Source: a virus
Length of the DNA stretch: 64,000 nt
Reading direction: 5' to 3' (one strand)
IMG/VR virus record: IMGVR_UViG_3300020183_004379
Location: 1 to 64,000 of that record
The stretch's first letter is position 1, and the number at the start of each line of letters is the position of its first letter. The translations under genes and the position numbers were made by a program. The notes under the pieces are model-generated. The model worked only from the letters and a program-made list of their open reading frames with translations. It was not told the DNA's origin and searched no databases. This document shows positions 21,117 to 30,120 of the stretch, piece after piece.

Positions 21117-22054
21117 TTTTTTAACCAATCATAATACCTGCGAAAGCCTTCTTCAATATCTATTTTAGGATCAAACCCAAAATCTCTTCGAGCAGCATCT
21201 ATATTCAATGCGCCCCTGCTGGGAAAGTCTGCATCTTTATCTTGGACTTGTATGCTACCTTGCCCCACTATGTTTACTGCCAATTCAGCTGCTCGTAGTA
21301 AACTATGACTATGACTCTTGGTAATATTGTAAGTTTTATTGTTTGTATAGGCACTACAGGCAGCGGCAACTATACCGTCAGCAGCGTCGTCAACATAGGT
21401 AAAGTCAAGCGTTTCATCAGCTCCATTTACCTTGAGTACTTCGCCTCGCATGGCGCTAAGAATAAACTTGCTGATCACACGATCCTCAACATCTAATTCG
21501 CCGTACACCGCACTAGGACGGATAATGGTATGGCTTATGCCATAACGACGAGTGTAATCTTTAAGCAACCACTCGCCTGCTAGTTTCATTATGCCGTATT
21601 GCCCTTGTGGATTGCACACAGCATCTTCAGTCACTTGATCGTCAAAGTCTCCGTATACCATGCTAGAACTGATGTACACAAATTTGCCCACTTGATGTTT
21701 GACTGATAATTCCAACAGGTTAAGCAGGCCCTCGCTCATAACTCGCGATCCTAGTCGTGGATTTACATTCACAATCTTTTGTCTGGGAAAGCTGGCTAAG
21801 TGGATCACAGTGTCTGGTTTGTGCTTGTCAAACATCCAGTCCATGCCTTGATTGTCTGCTATGTCAACACCGTAGATACGCGATGTTTTCACAATCTTTT
21901 GGATGCGCTGAGGCATAATTATGTCAAGTTCTGCCTGCGGAATCAAACCATAAGTGGTGCGTGTGTCTGTTACAAAAATGTCATGCTGCTGTTCTAATCG
22001 CTGCACAACATTGTGACCAATAAGTCCAAGACCGCCTGTAACAAGAATTTTCAT
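21113..22054 (-). CDS. NAD-dependent nucleotide-sugar epimerase/dehydratase (extended SDR)
   Basis: TGGLGLIG, SSSMVYG, YGIMK (YxxxK), DFTYVDD. Confidence 0.9.
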   Translation of the reverse strand: MKILVTGGLGLIGHNVVQRLEQQHDIFVTDTRTTYGLIPQAELDIIMPQRIQKIVKTSRIYGVDIADNQGMDWMFDKHKPDTVIHLASFPRQKIVNVNPRLGSRVMSEGLLNLLELSVKHQVGKFVYISSSMVYGDFDDQVTEDAVCNPQGQYGIMKLAGEWLLKDYTRRYGISHTIIRPSAVYGELDVEDRVISKFILSAMRGEVLKVNGADETLDFTYVDDAADGIVAAACSAYTNNKTYNITKSHSHSLLRAAELAVNIVGQGSIQVQDKDADFPSRGALNIDAARRDFGFDPKIDIEEGFRRYYDWLKK

Positions 22055-22284
22055 GTGTACTTCAACCTGTATATGATTTCATCGCATTCGTTAAGTTCAC
22101 CGTAAATGGCGCATTTCCATCCATAGGTTTCTAGACTAGGCATTATCCTAAAACTAGGCGTCTCAATCGCATGCTCCATGACCCATCTTCCTTGATCACT
22201 GTTTTGCCAATTAATGATAGGTTGGGCGGCATAAAGTTCTGGATCTTCAACATCGCCCATATAGAATTCTTTGAACACAATCAT
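22051..22284 (-). CDS. Hypothetical protein
   Basis: 77 aa ORF in operon. Confidence 0.65.
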   Translation of the reverse strand: MIVFKEFYMGDVEDPELYAAQPIINWQNSDQGRWVMEHAIETPSFRIMPSLETYGWKCAIYGELNECDEIIYRLKYT

Positions 22285-22291
22285 AACTGTA

Positions 22292-23203
22292 TTATACAGC
22301 CATGTCTGCAGAAATGCTAGAGTGACTCTGGTAGTTTTCTAACCGGATGTCTTCAATTCGAAACTGAGTAATATCTTTTATGTCAGGATTGAGCCAAAGT
22401 CGTGGAGCAGGGAATGGTTCACGTTGCATTTGTTCGTTTACCTGCTCTATATGATTCAGATATATGTGTGCATCGCCGAGTACATGAACAAACTCACCTA
22501 CTTGCAAGCCACACACATGAGCAATCATGTGTGTGAGCAAACTATAGCTCGCGATGTTAAAGGGAACACCCAAAAACATATCGCAGGATCTTTGATACAT
22601 CTGACACGACAGCCGGCCATCGGCTACATAAAATTGTGCAAAACAGTGACACGGGGGCAAGGCCATGACTTCTAATTCGCCTGGATTCCATGCAGTTAAT
22701 ATATGTCTTCGTCCGTATGGGTCTGTTTTGATACCCTTAATTAACTTTTTAAGCTGATCAACTTCTTTTATACTCACTCCGCCTTTGATGGTGTATGTAT
22801 GGCCAAATTCATTGGTAAAACTACCACCAATAACTTTTTCTGCTGTTCGCCAGTGTCGCCATTGCACGCCATACACCCTACCTAGGTCACCTGCATACTC
22901 TGCCTTGTGTTGCCAATAGGTTGCCGTGGCATTGTCGGTCCAGATGGTTGCTTTGGTTAGGTCTCGCGTACCATGGAGAATTTCCGCCAAGCGTCTCTCG
23001 TCCCCTGACCCTTCAATGAACCACAGCAACTCTGACACCACTGACTTCCAAGCCAGCTTCTTTGTAGTAACAGCAGGAAATCCTGCACTCAGGTCATAGC
23101 GTTGCTGCATACCAAACATGCTCAAAGTGCCTACACCGGTGCGGTCTGAGCGTACTTTGCCTTGCTCCAGCACAGTACGCAATGCGTCATGATACTGTTT
23201 CAT
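22292..23203 (-). CDS. thyA: Thymidylate synthase
   Basis: DRTGVGT, ELLWF, YGVQWR, MALPPCH, YQRSCDMFLGVPFN, GDAHIY. Confidence 0.97.
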   Translation of the reverse strand: MKQYHDALRTVLEQGKVRSDRTGVGTLSMFGMQQRYDLSAGFPAVTTKKLAWKSVVSELLWFIEGSGDERRLAEILHGTRDLTKATIWTDNATATYWQHKAEYAGDLGRVYGVQWRHWRTAEKVIGGSFTNEFGHTYTIKGGVSIKEVDQLKKLIKGIKTDPYGRRHILTAWNPGELEVMALPPCHCFAQFYVADGRLSCQMYQRSCDMFLGVPFNIASYSLLTHMIAHVCGLQVGEFVHVLGDAHIYLNHIEQVNEQMQREPFPAPRLWLNPDIKDITQFRIEDIRLENYQSHSSISADMAV

Positions 23204-23697
23204 TTTAGTCTAAAAAAATGTTTGTACACACACCAATTGATAGTTCTTGCTTGGTTTGGCATGCTACTGGTTATTCTTGTGCCTAAAAGATATCTGTTCA
23301 TGTCTACTCGTACATCAGTGTAGTAACTGCCCTTGCGATGTGCTACCCACATTTCTTCACAGATGTCTTTGGTTTTCATCAACAGATCAGCACCGCCAAT
23401 TACCCAAATATGTTTTTGCGGATTAATTGATTGAAGCTCTTTTATTATATCAATTGTATTTCCGCGTTTGACAACAGCATGTTGGATATAAGACTTACTT
23501 GTTAGTACCACGCAAGTGCATTTTGGCATCGGCTTGAGAAATTTTGGATCGTCCCAGGTGCGGCGCCCCATGACCACCACATGTCCTTCTGTGGCTTCTC
23601 TAAACCATGCCATATCGTCTGGGTCATTGGCCCAGGGCAGGGTGCCTTTGTTGCCAAGGCCTCCCCGCTGGTCTACTGAAAATATACTTCTAATCAT
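23200..23697 (-). CDS. folA: Dihydrofolate reductase
   Basis: LGNKGTLPW, DMAWF, VVMGRRTW, WVIGGA; adjacent to thyA. Confidence 0.92.
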   Translation of the reverse strand: MIRSIFSVDQRGGLGNKGTLPWANDPDDMAWFREATEGHVVVMGRRTWDDPKFLKPMPKCTCVVLTSKSYIQHAVVKRGNTIDIIKELQSINPQKHIWVIGGADLLMKTKDICEEMWVAHRKGSYYTDVRVDMNRYLLGTRITSSMPNQARTINWCVYKHFFRLK

Positions 23698-24020
23698 GAA
23701 AGGTGTTTTAAGATGTCGTCTGTGATTGGTTGAACAGTTTTTGCTACAGTTTCTATACTGATAAAAAAGTCTACATCCTTGATAATCTCATCCATTTTAC
23801 GCAACTTATCATTGAGTTCGTCTTTGATTTCGTCTGGGTTCTGGCCTTCGGCTAATAATTGCAAAATATCAACTTCGACCATGGTTCCATCAATGAGATT
23901 TACATGCACCTTTTCTAATAGGTTAATTGGCACTTCGTCCTTAGATACTGTTTTAAGAATCTGTTTCCAACGGTCACGAGCATCTACATTAATTCGCCTT
24001 GACTTTGGTTTTCGCGCCAT
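23694..24020 (-). CDS. Hypothetical protein
   Basis: 108 aa coupled ORF. Confidence 0.7.
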   Translation of the reverse strand: MARKPKSRRINVDARDRWKQILKTVSKDEVPINLLEKVHVNLIDGTMVEVDILQLLAEGQNPDEIKDELNDKLRKMDEIIKDVDFFISIETVAKTVQPITDDILKHLS

Positions 24021-24681
24021 TTGTTTTCTTAACCTTTACACCAGGGGTTAGTGAAGCTGCTTCTTCGGTCAGCCTTTTTACTTCTGCCATAAGACTCTCA
24101 GCATCACGCTGCATACGCCGAGCTTGAGCCAGTAAATTCTGTGCGATATCTGAATCAGATAATATACCGTCGGCAGCAGGTACTTCTACTGGTTTGGCAG
24201 CATTTGGTGGCGCACCAACCTCACGACCTTCTACTACTTTGTCTTTTGGCTTGGCAGCTTCGCGTTCTTGCATGCCTGGTTTCCAACCAGTCACTTTGGT
24301 ATCAAGTTCTGCCAGGCGTTGTACAGCTTCTTGGCCCTTAGCCATTTCGTCTAGAATGTCATTGAGTTCATCTAGTCGCACAGTACTCTTGGCATTGGCT
24401 TGAACAATAACCTGATTGGTAGGAACTTTTTGTATCATACCTTCTGAATGCAATACCTGAAGGGTGTTTCGTCCGTCAGGCATAATGTTGCGAAACAAGG
24501 CATCGGCTAAATCGCTTGCCTGTTGACCCGGAGCACTTTCTAATACCTTCATAATTTCGTCATGAATCATTCTGGGCAGCAGATCGCTGTAAACCAAAAG
24601 ACACATATGATCTTCACCGGGCACTCTGCGATACAACAGTGCAGCTCGGCGATTATTGTGTTTTACCACGTGCTTTAGCAT
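23989..24681 (-). CDS. Hypothetical protein with C-terminal coiled coil
   Basis: ORF; start placed at MLKHVVK. Confidence 0.7.
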   Translation of the reverse strand: MLKHVVKHNNRRAALLYRRVPGEDHMCLLVYSDLLPRMIHDEIMKVLESAPGQQASDLADALFRNIMPDGRNTLQVLHSEGMIQKVPTNQVIVQANAKSTVRLDELNDILDEMAKGQEAVQRLAELDTKVTGWKPGMQEREAAKPKDKVVEGREVGAPPNAAKPVEVPAADGILSDSDIAQNLLAQARRMQRDAESLMAEVKRLTEEAASLTPGVKVKKTNGAKTKVKAN

Positions 24682-24925
24682 TTTTTTTCTCCTTTGGTTC
24701 CGCTGCTGTTTCTGTTGACGGTGCGGTATCGTCAGCCGTAGTTCTAGTAACAGCACCAGCTGCTTCTAGAAATGCGATCAATTTGTCATAGGTATTGCCA
24801 ACTGTGCTAAGTTCTTCGGTTTTCCAGCTGCCTCTGCTGGTAGCCAATTGTATAATCTGGGCAATGTTCACCAAATCGTTTACGCCAAGCGTAGGACGCG
24901 GTTCGGGTGATTCCACTGTACTCAT
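24653..24925 (-). CDS. Hypothetical protein
   Basis: GGAG RBS and TAAATA (24954-24959) upstream. Confidence 0.7.
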   Translation of the reverse strand: MSTVESPEPRPTLGVNDLVNIAQIIQLATSRGSWKTEELSTVGNTYDKLIAFLEAAGAVTRTTADDTAPSTETAAEPKEKKNAKARGKTQ

Positions 24926-24988
24926 AAATTCTCCATTTGAATTACTGCTATTTTATTTACGGCAATACTGCCAGCCAATATTTTTTCT

Positions 24989-25282
24989 TTACCAAATACT
25001 ATCATTGTTTGAGTTATTGATTTGATCAAGGAACAGCCCCAAGTATGTGCTTTCGCTATGATTCTCAAATGCCAAAAGTTTGCACATGATTCTCTTGCCT
25101 GTGCTGTCAATGCTGATATAATCTCCAAAATAAAACCGACCATACAAATTTGTATAGACCCAATCTAAAATGTTTTGTTCATTTACACACAAGTCAAAAG
25201 GCACACGAACAAAATGCGGAGGACAAAAGTCCATGCGTCTGAGACCGTGTACATTAAGAGGATTGATTTCTGGAAATAACAT
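24989..25282 (-). CDS. Hypothetical protein
   Basis: 97 aa ORF. Confidence 0.6.
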   Translation of the reverse strand: MLFPEINPLNVHGLRRMDFCPPHFVRVPFDLCVNEQNILDWVYTNLYGRFYFGDYISIDSTGKRIMCKLLAFENHSESTYLGLFLDQINNSNNDSIW

Positions 25283-25448
25283 GTTTCTTTAAGATGAATA
25301 CATCGTTGTGTATGGTTACCAATTCGTACCCGCTTTGCCCCAAAGCGTTTAACAGTTCTAAATAATCTGTTGGATTGGTAGTGGTTTCGTTACTGGCCAA
25401 CACCATCGGGAGCATGGTGTATTGATAAGTGTGTTTTTCATCCGCCAT
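25254..25448 (-). CDS. Small hypothetical protein (DUF4177-like LNALGxxGYELV motif)
   Basis: 64 aa; sigma70-like promoter directly upstream. Confidence 0.55.
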   Translation of the reverse strand: MADEKHTYQYTMLPMVLASNETTTNPTDYLELLNALGQSGYELVTIHNDVFILKKHVISRNQSS

Positions 25449-25453
25449 ACTGT

Positions 25454-25482
25454 ATTATAACGAATTACAGTTTGTTTGTAAA
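25454..25482 (-). promoter_or_regulatory. Sigma70-like promoter TTTACA-N17-TATAAT
   Basis: Read directly. Confidence 0.65.
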
Positions 25483-26103
25483 CAAAATTATGGCTCGTTT
25501 GTTTTTCAAACGACTGCGATAATCGTCACTGGCATGCCATTGTTTTCTATCAAACAACACCAGGTCGCCGCGTTGCCATTCATACACTTTGTGTATGCTG
25601 AGAAAGAATCTATCCAGGGCTCTACAATGTCCAAGCATGTTGTTCCATTCAGTATGAGGCACATGATTGGGGATAGGTCCGTGTTCTTGTTTATAGCGGC
25701 CAAAGTCTTTATATGCAGCCCACTGATCAAAAAACACTGTGCGGGTAGACACAGTTTCTAATGGTATCATCACAGCATAATAAGGTTCTATGTCGGTGTG
25801 TTTGCATTCGATAATGTAGTCATTGTGAACATCCCATGGCAATTGACTTTCAAGTATATAACTAGCCATGCTTATATAATTGCCTAGTAAAGGATGTAAG
25901 ATTTCGTCCAAGGCAGATTTGACATCTGCATTGTCCGGGTTATCCCAATCCCAGATATGATGATTGGCCACTAGCCCTTGATTGATCCAAACACCTTTAG
26001 AGTCTTGATAAGGAACCAATTGACTCTTTGAGAGAATCAATTGTTCAAGTTCATCAAGTGTGCTGTTGTCGAGTTTTTGCGGGTGTATTTGCAATGGTAG
26101 CAT
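25465..26103 (-). CDS. Putative 2OG-Fe(II) oxygenase (double-stranded beta-helix)
   Basis: HxD (VHND), GDLVLFD..WH, terminal KRAIILF. Confidence 0.6.
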   Translation of the reverse strand: MLPLQIHPQKLDNSTLDELEQLILSKSQLVPYQDSKGVWINQGLVANHHIWDWDNPDNADVKSALDEILHPLLGNYISMASYILESQLPWDVHNDYIIECKHTDIEPYYAVMIPLETVSTRTVFFDQWAAYKDFGRYKQEHGPIPNHVPHTEWNNMLGHCRALDRFFLSIHKVYEWQRGDLVLFDRKQWHASDDYRSRLKNKRAIILFTNKL

Positions 26104-26108
26104 GCAAA

Positions 26109-26114
26109 TATTTA
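26109..26114 (-). promoter_or_regulatory. Late promoter core TAAATA
   Basis: Exactly 5 nt before ATG 26103. Confidence 0.6.
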
Positions 26115-26116
26115 TT

Positions 26117-26320
26117 TTACTTGGACTTGTATTTTTGCATTTCTTTTAGATAGTGAGCACAGTCAGCTCGCTGTTGATCAGTAATTTTATTGCGCTCAAC
26201 CATAATACCGCAATCTCTACGCAAAGCAGAGGCCTCGCGGTCTGCACGGGTAAAATAATAGACTATAAAAAAAACAGCGACTAACAAAGTAGTCGCTCTA
26301 ATTAACTCTTGATGTATCAT
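26117..26320 (-). CDS. Small membrane-anchored protein
   Basis: N-terminal hydrophobic helix. Confidence 0.6.
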   Translation of the reverse strand: MIHQELIRATTLLVAVFFIVYYFTRADREASALRRDCGIMVERNKITDQQRADCAHYLKEMQKYKSK

Positions 26321-26322
26321 TT

Positions 26323-26580
26323 CTACTTGGAATCTTTAATTATCTTAACAATTTCTTCCTGTTCTTCATTGTACTTATTCCAGGCATTTTTGATACCATC
26401 ATACAATATCCATTTAGCAACATAGCCAAGTATAATCACTGCGGCAGGAACTGCAAAAAACTGTTTGTACGCATCAGGAGCAGTTAAAGCACAACCAAAA
26501 AGAAACATGGCCAACAGCCAGAACCGTTGCCATGTTTCAAACTGCCGCCATCGCCATTGTAAAAAGTACCAAATCTTCAT
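26323..26580 (-). CDS. Small membrane protein (2 TM)
   Basis: Two hydrophobic segments; ATGA overlap with the upstream gene. Confidence 0.65.
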   Translation of the reverse strand: MKIWYFLQWRWRQFETWQRFWLLAMFLFGCALTAPDAYKQFFAVPAAVIILGYVAKWILYDGIKNAWNKYNEEQEEIVKIIKDSK

Positions 26581-27860
26581 TTGCTTTTTGCCGCCTCCTC
26601 GTAATGAGCCCACACACCAAATGGTGGTTGACAACCAGGATTACCTTTGATGATCCAGCACACATCGCAGTAGGCTTCTTCACCCCACTCGCCAAACGGC
26701 ATACCGTCAGTAAACATTACAAACTTCTTGGGCTGAATATCGTTGGCCTTCATCCATTCGTAGTTTGCCATAAAGTCTGTACCGCCGCCACCAGCTGGTT
26801 GGTAGTTGGCAATGTCTTCTAAGTTTTCACTAGTAAACACCTGCGGATTGTAAATCTCAGTGTCAAAGCACCACACATGAATCTTGTATTCATCGTAGGC
26901 TTCCATGATGCCTTTGATCTCGGCCATGAAGTCTTTGATGTCGCGCTCGCTGATTGAACCCGAAGTGTCAATTGCTACACAAATATCAATCTGTGTGCCA
27001 GGCAGCATGCCAGGCATGATAGCATCCATGTGCCATCCTTTGCGACTAGGCTTCATCCAAGTAAAGTCACTCTTGATTGTGCTCTGAATTTGCTGTTCCA
27101 ACAATGAGCGCCAATCAATCACACTTTCAGTCAAATCCTTGATCAGACGCTTGACACCTGCAGGCAAGTTGCCTGCACCTGACTGCTGAGCGGCATTCAG
27201 TACTGCTTCGCGAATCTCGTCACGAATCTGCTGTTTTTCTTCTTCGCTCAAACGCGGACGACCTTTACCATCCTTGTCACTTTCGCCGTCGCCTTCTCCG
27301 TCCTCCCCGTTGCCGTCCAAGTGTTCATCTAACAATTGTTCAACCAACTGTTCCAGAGATATTTTTTTGGCATTTTTCATGAGATCGTCGTAGATCTCTT
27401 CTGAACTCATACCGCGATATTTTGAATCGTACAGCATGGGCACAACATTGATGCGCTCACCAACTTTTTGATCAACCAAATCGCTGTTCACAGCAAAGTC
27501 ATTGGCCACATTAAAAATCATAGGATCACGGTCGCCTCGGCGACTCATGTGATCATATACTGCATGTAACACTTCATGTCCGACCAAGAACTCTAACTGC
27601 TTGGGCGGGAGCTTCTCAACGAATACAGTATTGTAATAAAAGTTACGGCCGTCCGTGGCTGCAGTAGGACACCAGTCATCGGCATTGATCAACTTCATGC
27701 GAGTTGCAAGATTGCCAAAGAACGGCGCCTTGAGTAACAGTGCAATACGAGCAGTGATTAGTTTTTCGCGGACGGCATTGTCGCGCTTCTGATCAAACTC
27801 AATCTTGGGTAAATCTTTTTTCTTAACTTTTTCGTTAAGTGTTGTGCTGGCTGTTGACAT
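26577..27860 (-). CDS. Metallopeptidase-like + VWA domain protein (DUF2201-type)
   Basis: TAATDG, GHEVLH (HExxH), DTSGS MIDAS, GGGGTDF, FTDG. Confidence 0.9.
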   Translation of the reverse strand: MSTASTTLNEKVKKKDLPKIEFDQKRDNAVREKLITARIALLLKAPFFGNLATRMKLINADDWCPTAATDGRNFYYNTVFVEKLPPKQLEFLVGHEVLHAVYDHMSRRGDRDPMIFNVANDFAVNSDLVDQKVGERINVVPMLYDSKYRGMSSEEIYDDLMKNAKKISLEQLVEQLLDEHLDGNGEDGEGDGESDKDGKGRPRLSEEEKQQIRDEIREAVLNAAQQSGAGNLPAGVKRLIKDLTESVIDWRSLLEQQIQSTIKSDFTWMKPSRKGWHMDAIMPGMLPGTQIDICVAIDTSGSISERDIKDFMAEIKGIMEAYDEYKIHVWCFDTEIYNPQVFTSENLEDIANYQPAGGGGTDFMANYEWMKANDIQPKKFVMFTDGMPFGEWGEEAYCDVCWIIKGNPGCQPPFGVWAHYEEAAKSK

Positions 27861-27883
27861 GCAGGCTCCTTGTGTGAGTATGT

Positions 27884-27912
27884 ATTATAAAACAGAGCGG
27901 GTTTATGGTCAA
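27884..27912 (-). promoter_or_regulatory. Sigma70-like promoter TTGACC-N17-TATAAT
   Basis: Read directly; AGGAG RBS follows. Confidence 0.75.
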
Positions 27913-27928
27913 ACCCACTCTGTTCATT

Positions 27929-29050
27929 TTAGGATTTCTCGCGAGCACTTGCAGCCAAGATGTACTTGCCAAATCTCTTGTGGAACTCGTCAAAGTTCTT
28001 GAGCTTGTTGGGGATCAACGGCAGGTTGTAGGTGGTGAGTGCAATACGCGAACCCATGACCACCAACTCAGTGTTGAAATTGTCCATCATATACTTGAGG
28101 AACCTGTCGGCCAACGGGTGCCATGCATCCATTTTGGCCTTGTCGCCTTGTACTTCCTGAAACTTCTCTTGCAGGCTGTAGCACAAGCTCACTGCCAGCG
28201 AGTACTGAGCACTAATTTCTTTGGTGTCAAGAGTAGTAACTTTGCCGCTGAGCACATCGTCGGGCTTGGGCATCTTGCCTGCAACCTTGCGGTGTGCCAT
28301 AAACTTGATGGCAATACCTTCGCCAACTGTACCTGCAATCAGGTTAGTTAACTCTGCGTCAGTTGTATCTTCGTCTTCACAAAACTGGCTCACGAAACTC
28401 CAGGTGCGTGGAGAAGCAAACGCACGGCTGGGACTGCGAGAGTCAAAGTCAAACAAGTCTTGTTTAGCGAAGCCAATATAACCGACCACATCTTTGTGGA
28501 TTTTATTGTTCACTGCCCACTGTTCCCAGGCGCCGTGATCCACACGCAATTCCTGGTGAACAAAGCGGTTGGCAAGAGGGGTCGGCATGCGGAATGTAAC
28601 ACCCTTGTCGCTTTCGCGGTTACCGGCGGCAACCATAACCACATTGTCGGGTAGTACATATTTGCCCACACGCCGATTTAGAATCAGCTGATACGCCGCA
28701 CTTTGCACAGCCGGCGCCGCTGAGTTAAGTTCGTCCAAGAATAGAACGATAATAGGATACTGGCTAGCCAGTTCTTGATCAGGCAAGTCAACAGGCGGAG
28801 CCCAATCCATCTTGCCCAGATCTTTGTTGTAAAACGGAATGCCTCGAATGTCAGTGGGCTCCATTTGACCTAGTCGCAAGTCGATCATGAAACCTTCAAG
28901 TTCGCCAGTGATTCCTGCCACAAGCTCGGATTTACCGATGCCTGGAGGGCCCCAAAGAAATACAGGACGCTGTTTCTTAAAGCATCGCATGATAGTCTTG
29001 CGAGCTTCAATTGCTGTGAGAGTACGATTTTCGCTTGTCTGTGCCGCCAT
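27929..29050 (-). CDS. MoxR/dynein-related AAA+ ATPase
   Basis: GPPGIGKS Walker A, LFLDE Walker B, AAGN sensor, LANRF Arg finger. Confidence 0.92.
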   Translation of the reverse strand: MAAQTSENRTLTAIEARKTIMRCFKKQRPVFLWGPPGIGKSELVAGITGELEGFMIDLRLGQMEPTDIRGIPFYNKDLGKMDWAPPVDLPDQELASQYPIIVLFLDELNSAAPAVQSAAYQLILNRRVGKYVLPDNVVMVAAGNRESDKGVTFRMPTPLANRFVHQELRVDHGAWEQWAVNNKIHKDVVGYIGFAKQDLFDFDSRSPSRAFASPRTWSFVSQFCEDEDTTDAELTNLIAGTVGEGIAIKFMAHRKVAGKMPKPDDVLSGKVTTLDTKEISAQYSLAVSLCYSLQEKFQEVQGDKAKMDAWHPLADRFLKYMMDNFNTELVVMGSRIALTTYNLPLIPNKLKNFDEFHKRFGKYILAASAREKS

Positions 29051-29082
29051 CTTAAACTCCTAAAAATGTGATTTGCAGGACT

Positions 29083-29111
29083 AGTATATTGCAGATGTGA
29101 ATTTGTGTCAA
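29083..29111 (-). promoter_or_regulatory. Sigma70-like promoter TTGACA-N17-TATACT
   Basis: Read directly; AGGAG RBS follows. Confidence 0.8.
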
Positions 29112-29133
29112 CAAAGTTTTGTTGCTGTAGTTT

Positions 29134-29400
29134 TTAAGCAACATCAAATAAATGTCCAAAAACTTTGGCATGGATTGATAAACTTACCCTGGCAGTGTTA
29201 GACCATGTTTGGAAATTGTGTACTTTAGCATGAATCTGATCTAGCGTGGTTACTTGCAAAGGAAGCTCGGTATAATAAGGTGCGTTGGCTTTGGTAAAGT
29301 TTGGTGCGGTACTAGCACATATTACAATACTAAAAACATTTTGGCTGTATGGTTGCTTTTTTAGCAACACTTTTGCATAAAGTGTGTTTGCTGGTTGCAT
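29134..29400 (-). CDS. Hypothetical early protein
   Basis: Strong AAGGAG RBS and its own promoter. Confidence 0.65.
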   Translation of the reverse strand: MQPANTLYAKVLLKKQPYSQNVFSIVICASTAPNFTKANAPYYTELPLQVTTLDQIHAKVHNFQTWSNTARVSLSIHAKVFGHLFDVA

Positions 29401-29426
29401 TTTGGCTCCTTTTTTACTCTAGCACA

Positions 29427-29456
29427 AGTATAGCAAAATGGAGCCTTTTTGGTCAA
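29427..29456 (-). promoter_or_regulatory. Sigma70-like promoter TTGACC-N18-TATACT
   Basis: Read directly. Confidence 0.7.
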
Positions 29457-29564
29457 CCGCTAAAAATCCAGCACAAGATGCCCGTGATGCCAATCCAGCA
29501 AGGTTGAATAGATCAATCGTTGGCGCCAACCCACTCGACCCAGTTCATATTAAATTGATTTCTG

Positions 29565-29960
29565 TCATGTAATCACCATGCTGTTTTTTGGTAAACGATT
29601 ACTAAACAGTTTGTTACCTCGTTCGCGTATTAAATCTGCCGCTTGTTGGGGGCTATCGTTAAATAACTGCCACATGTGCTGTTCTGTTATACTTGGGTCT
29701 ACCTGTATGGTGTACACTTCGTAAAATCTCTGACTGTTTACCCTAGCTCGCAACAAGATACATTGAATAGTTCTATTCAATGCTGCGCCAGTTCGATCGC
29801 CAGGATCCTTAGCCTCTGGATGGCTTAATATGGCCAACAATCGCATCTGCTCTTCTTGAACACGCAAAGACTCTAGCGTGGTAAGATCTATCAGGCTTTC
29901 AAGTCCGTGGATGTCCCAGCTGAGCAGAAACAATCGATTTTGTTTTATACGCTTTGCCAT
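29565..29960 (-). CDS. Hypothetical protein
   Basis: 131 aa ORF. Confidence 0.7.
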   Translation of the reverse strand: MAKRIKQNRLFLLSWDIHGLESLIDLTTLESLRVQEEQMRLLAILSHPEAKDPGDRTGAALNRTIQCILLRARVNSQRFYEVYTIQVDPSITEQHMWQLFNDSPQQAADLIRERGNKLFSNRLPKNSMVIT

Positions 29961-30120
29961 GTCGCTGTTGATGCCTGTATTCGCGTTTGAGCCAATATTT
30001 ATATCTGTGCCAATATTCTTTCAAAGAGTAAGGTAGTTCGTGAAACTCTTCGTGCTCACGACAGTTTTCTAGCCAGATGTTACGCAGCCAGTTTCTAAAA
30101 TATTCTTTATTTTTAGTCAC
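29899..30120 (-). CDS. Hypothetical protein
   Basis: 73 aa, GTGA overlap with upstream gene. Confidence 0.55.
   Translation of the reverse strand: MTKNKEYFRNWLRNIWLENCREHEEFHELPYSLKEYWHRYKYWLKREYRHQQRHGKAYKTKSIVSAQLGHPRT

Noticed and set aside
22292-23203. thyA as a dCMP hydroxymethylase / pyrimidine-modifying enzyme
   Set aside because: It retains the dUMP-specifying Asn (GVPFN) and sits beside folA, so it looks like a canonical thymidylate synthase.
29457-29564. Possible small gene or tRNA in the intergenic gap
   Set aside because: Only very short frames and no cloverleaf or T-loop consensus.
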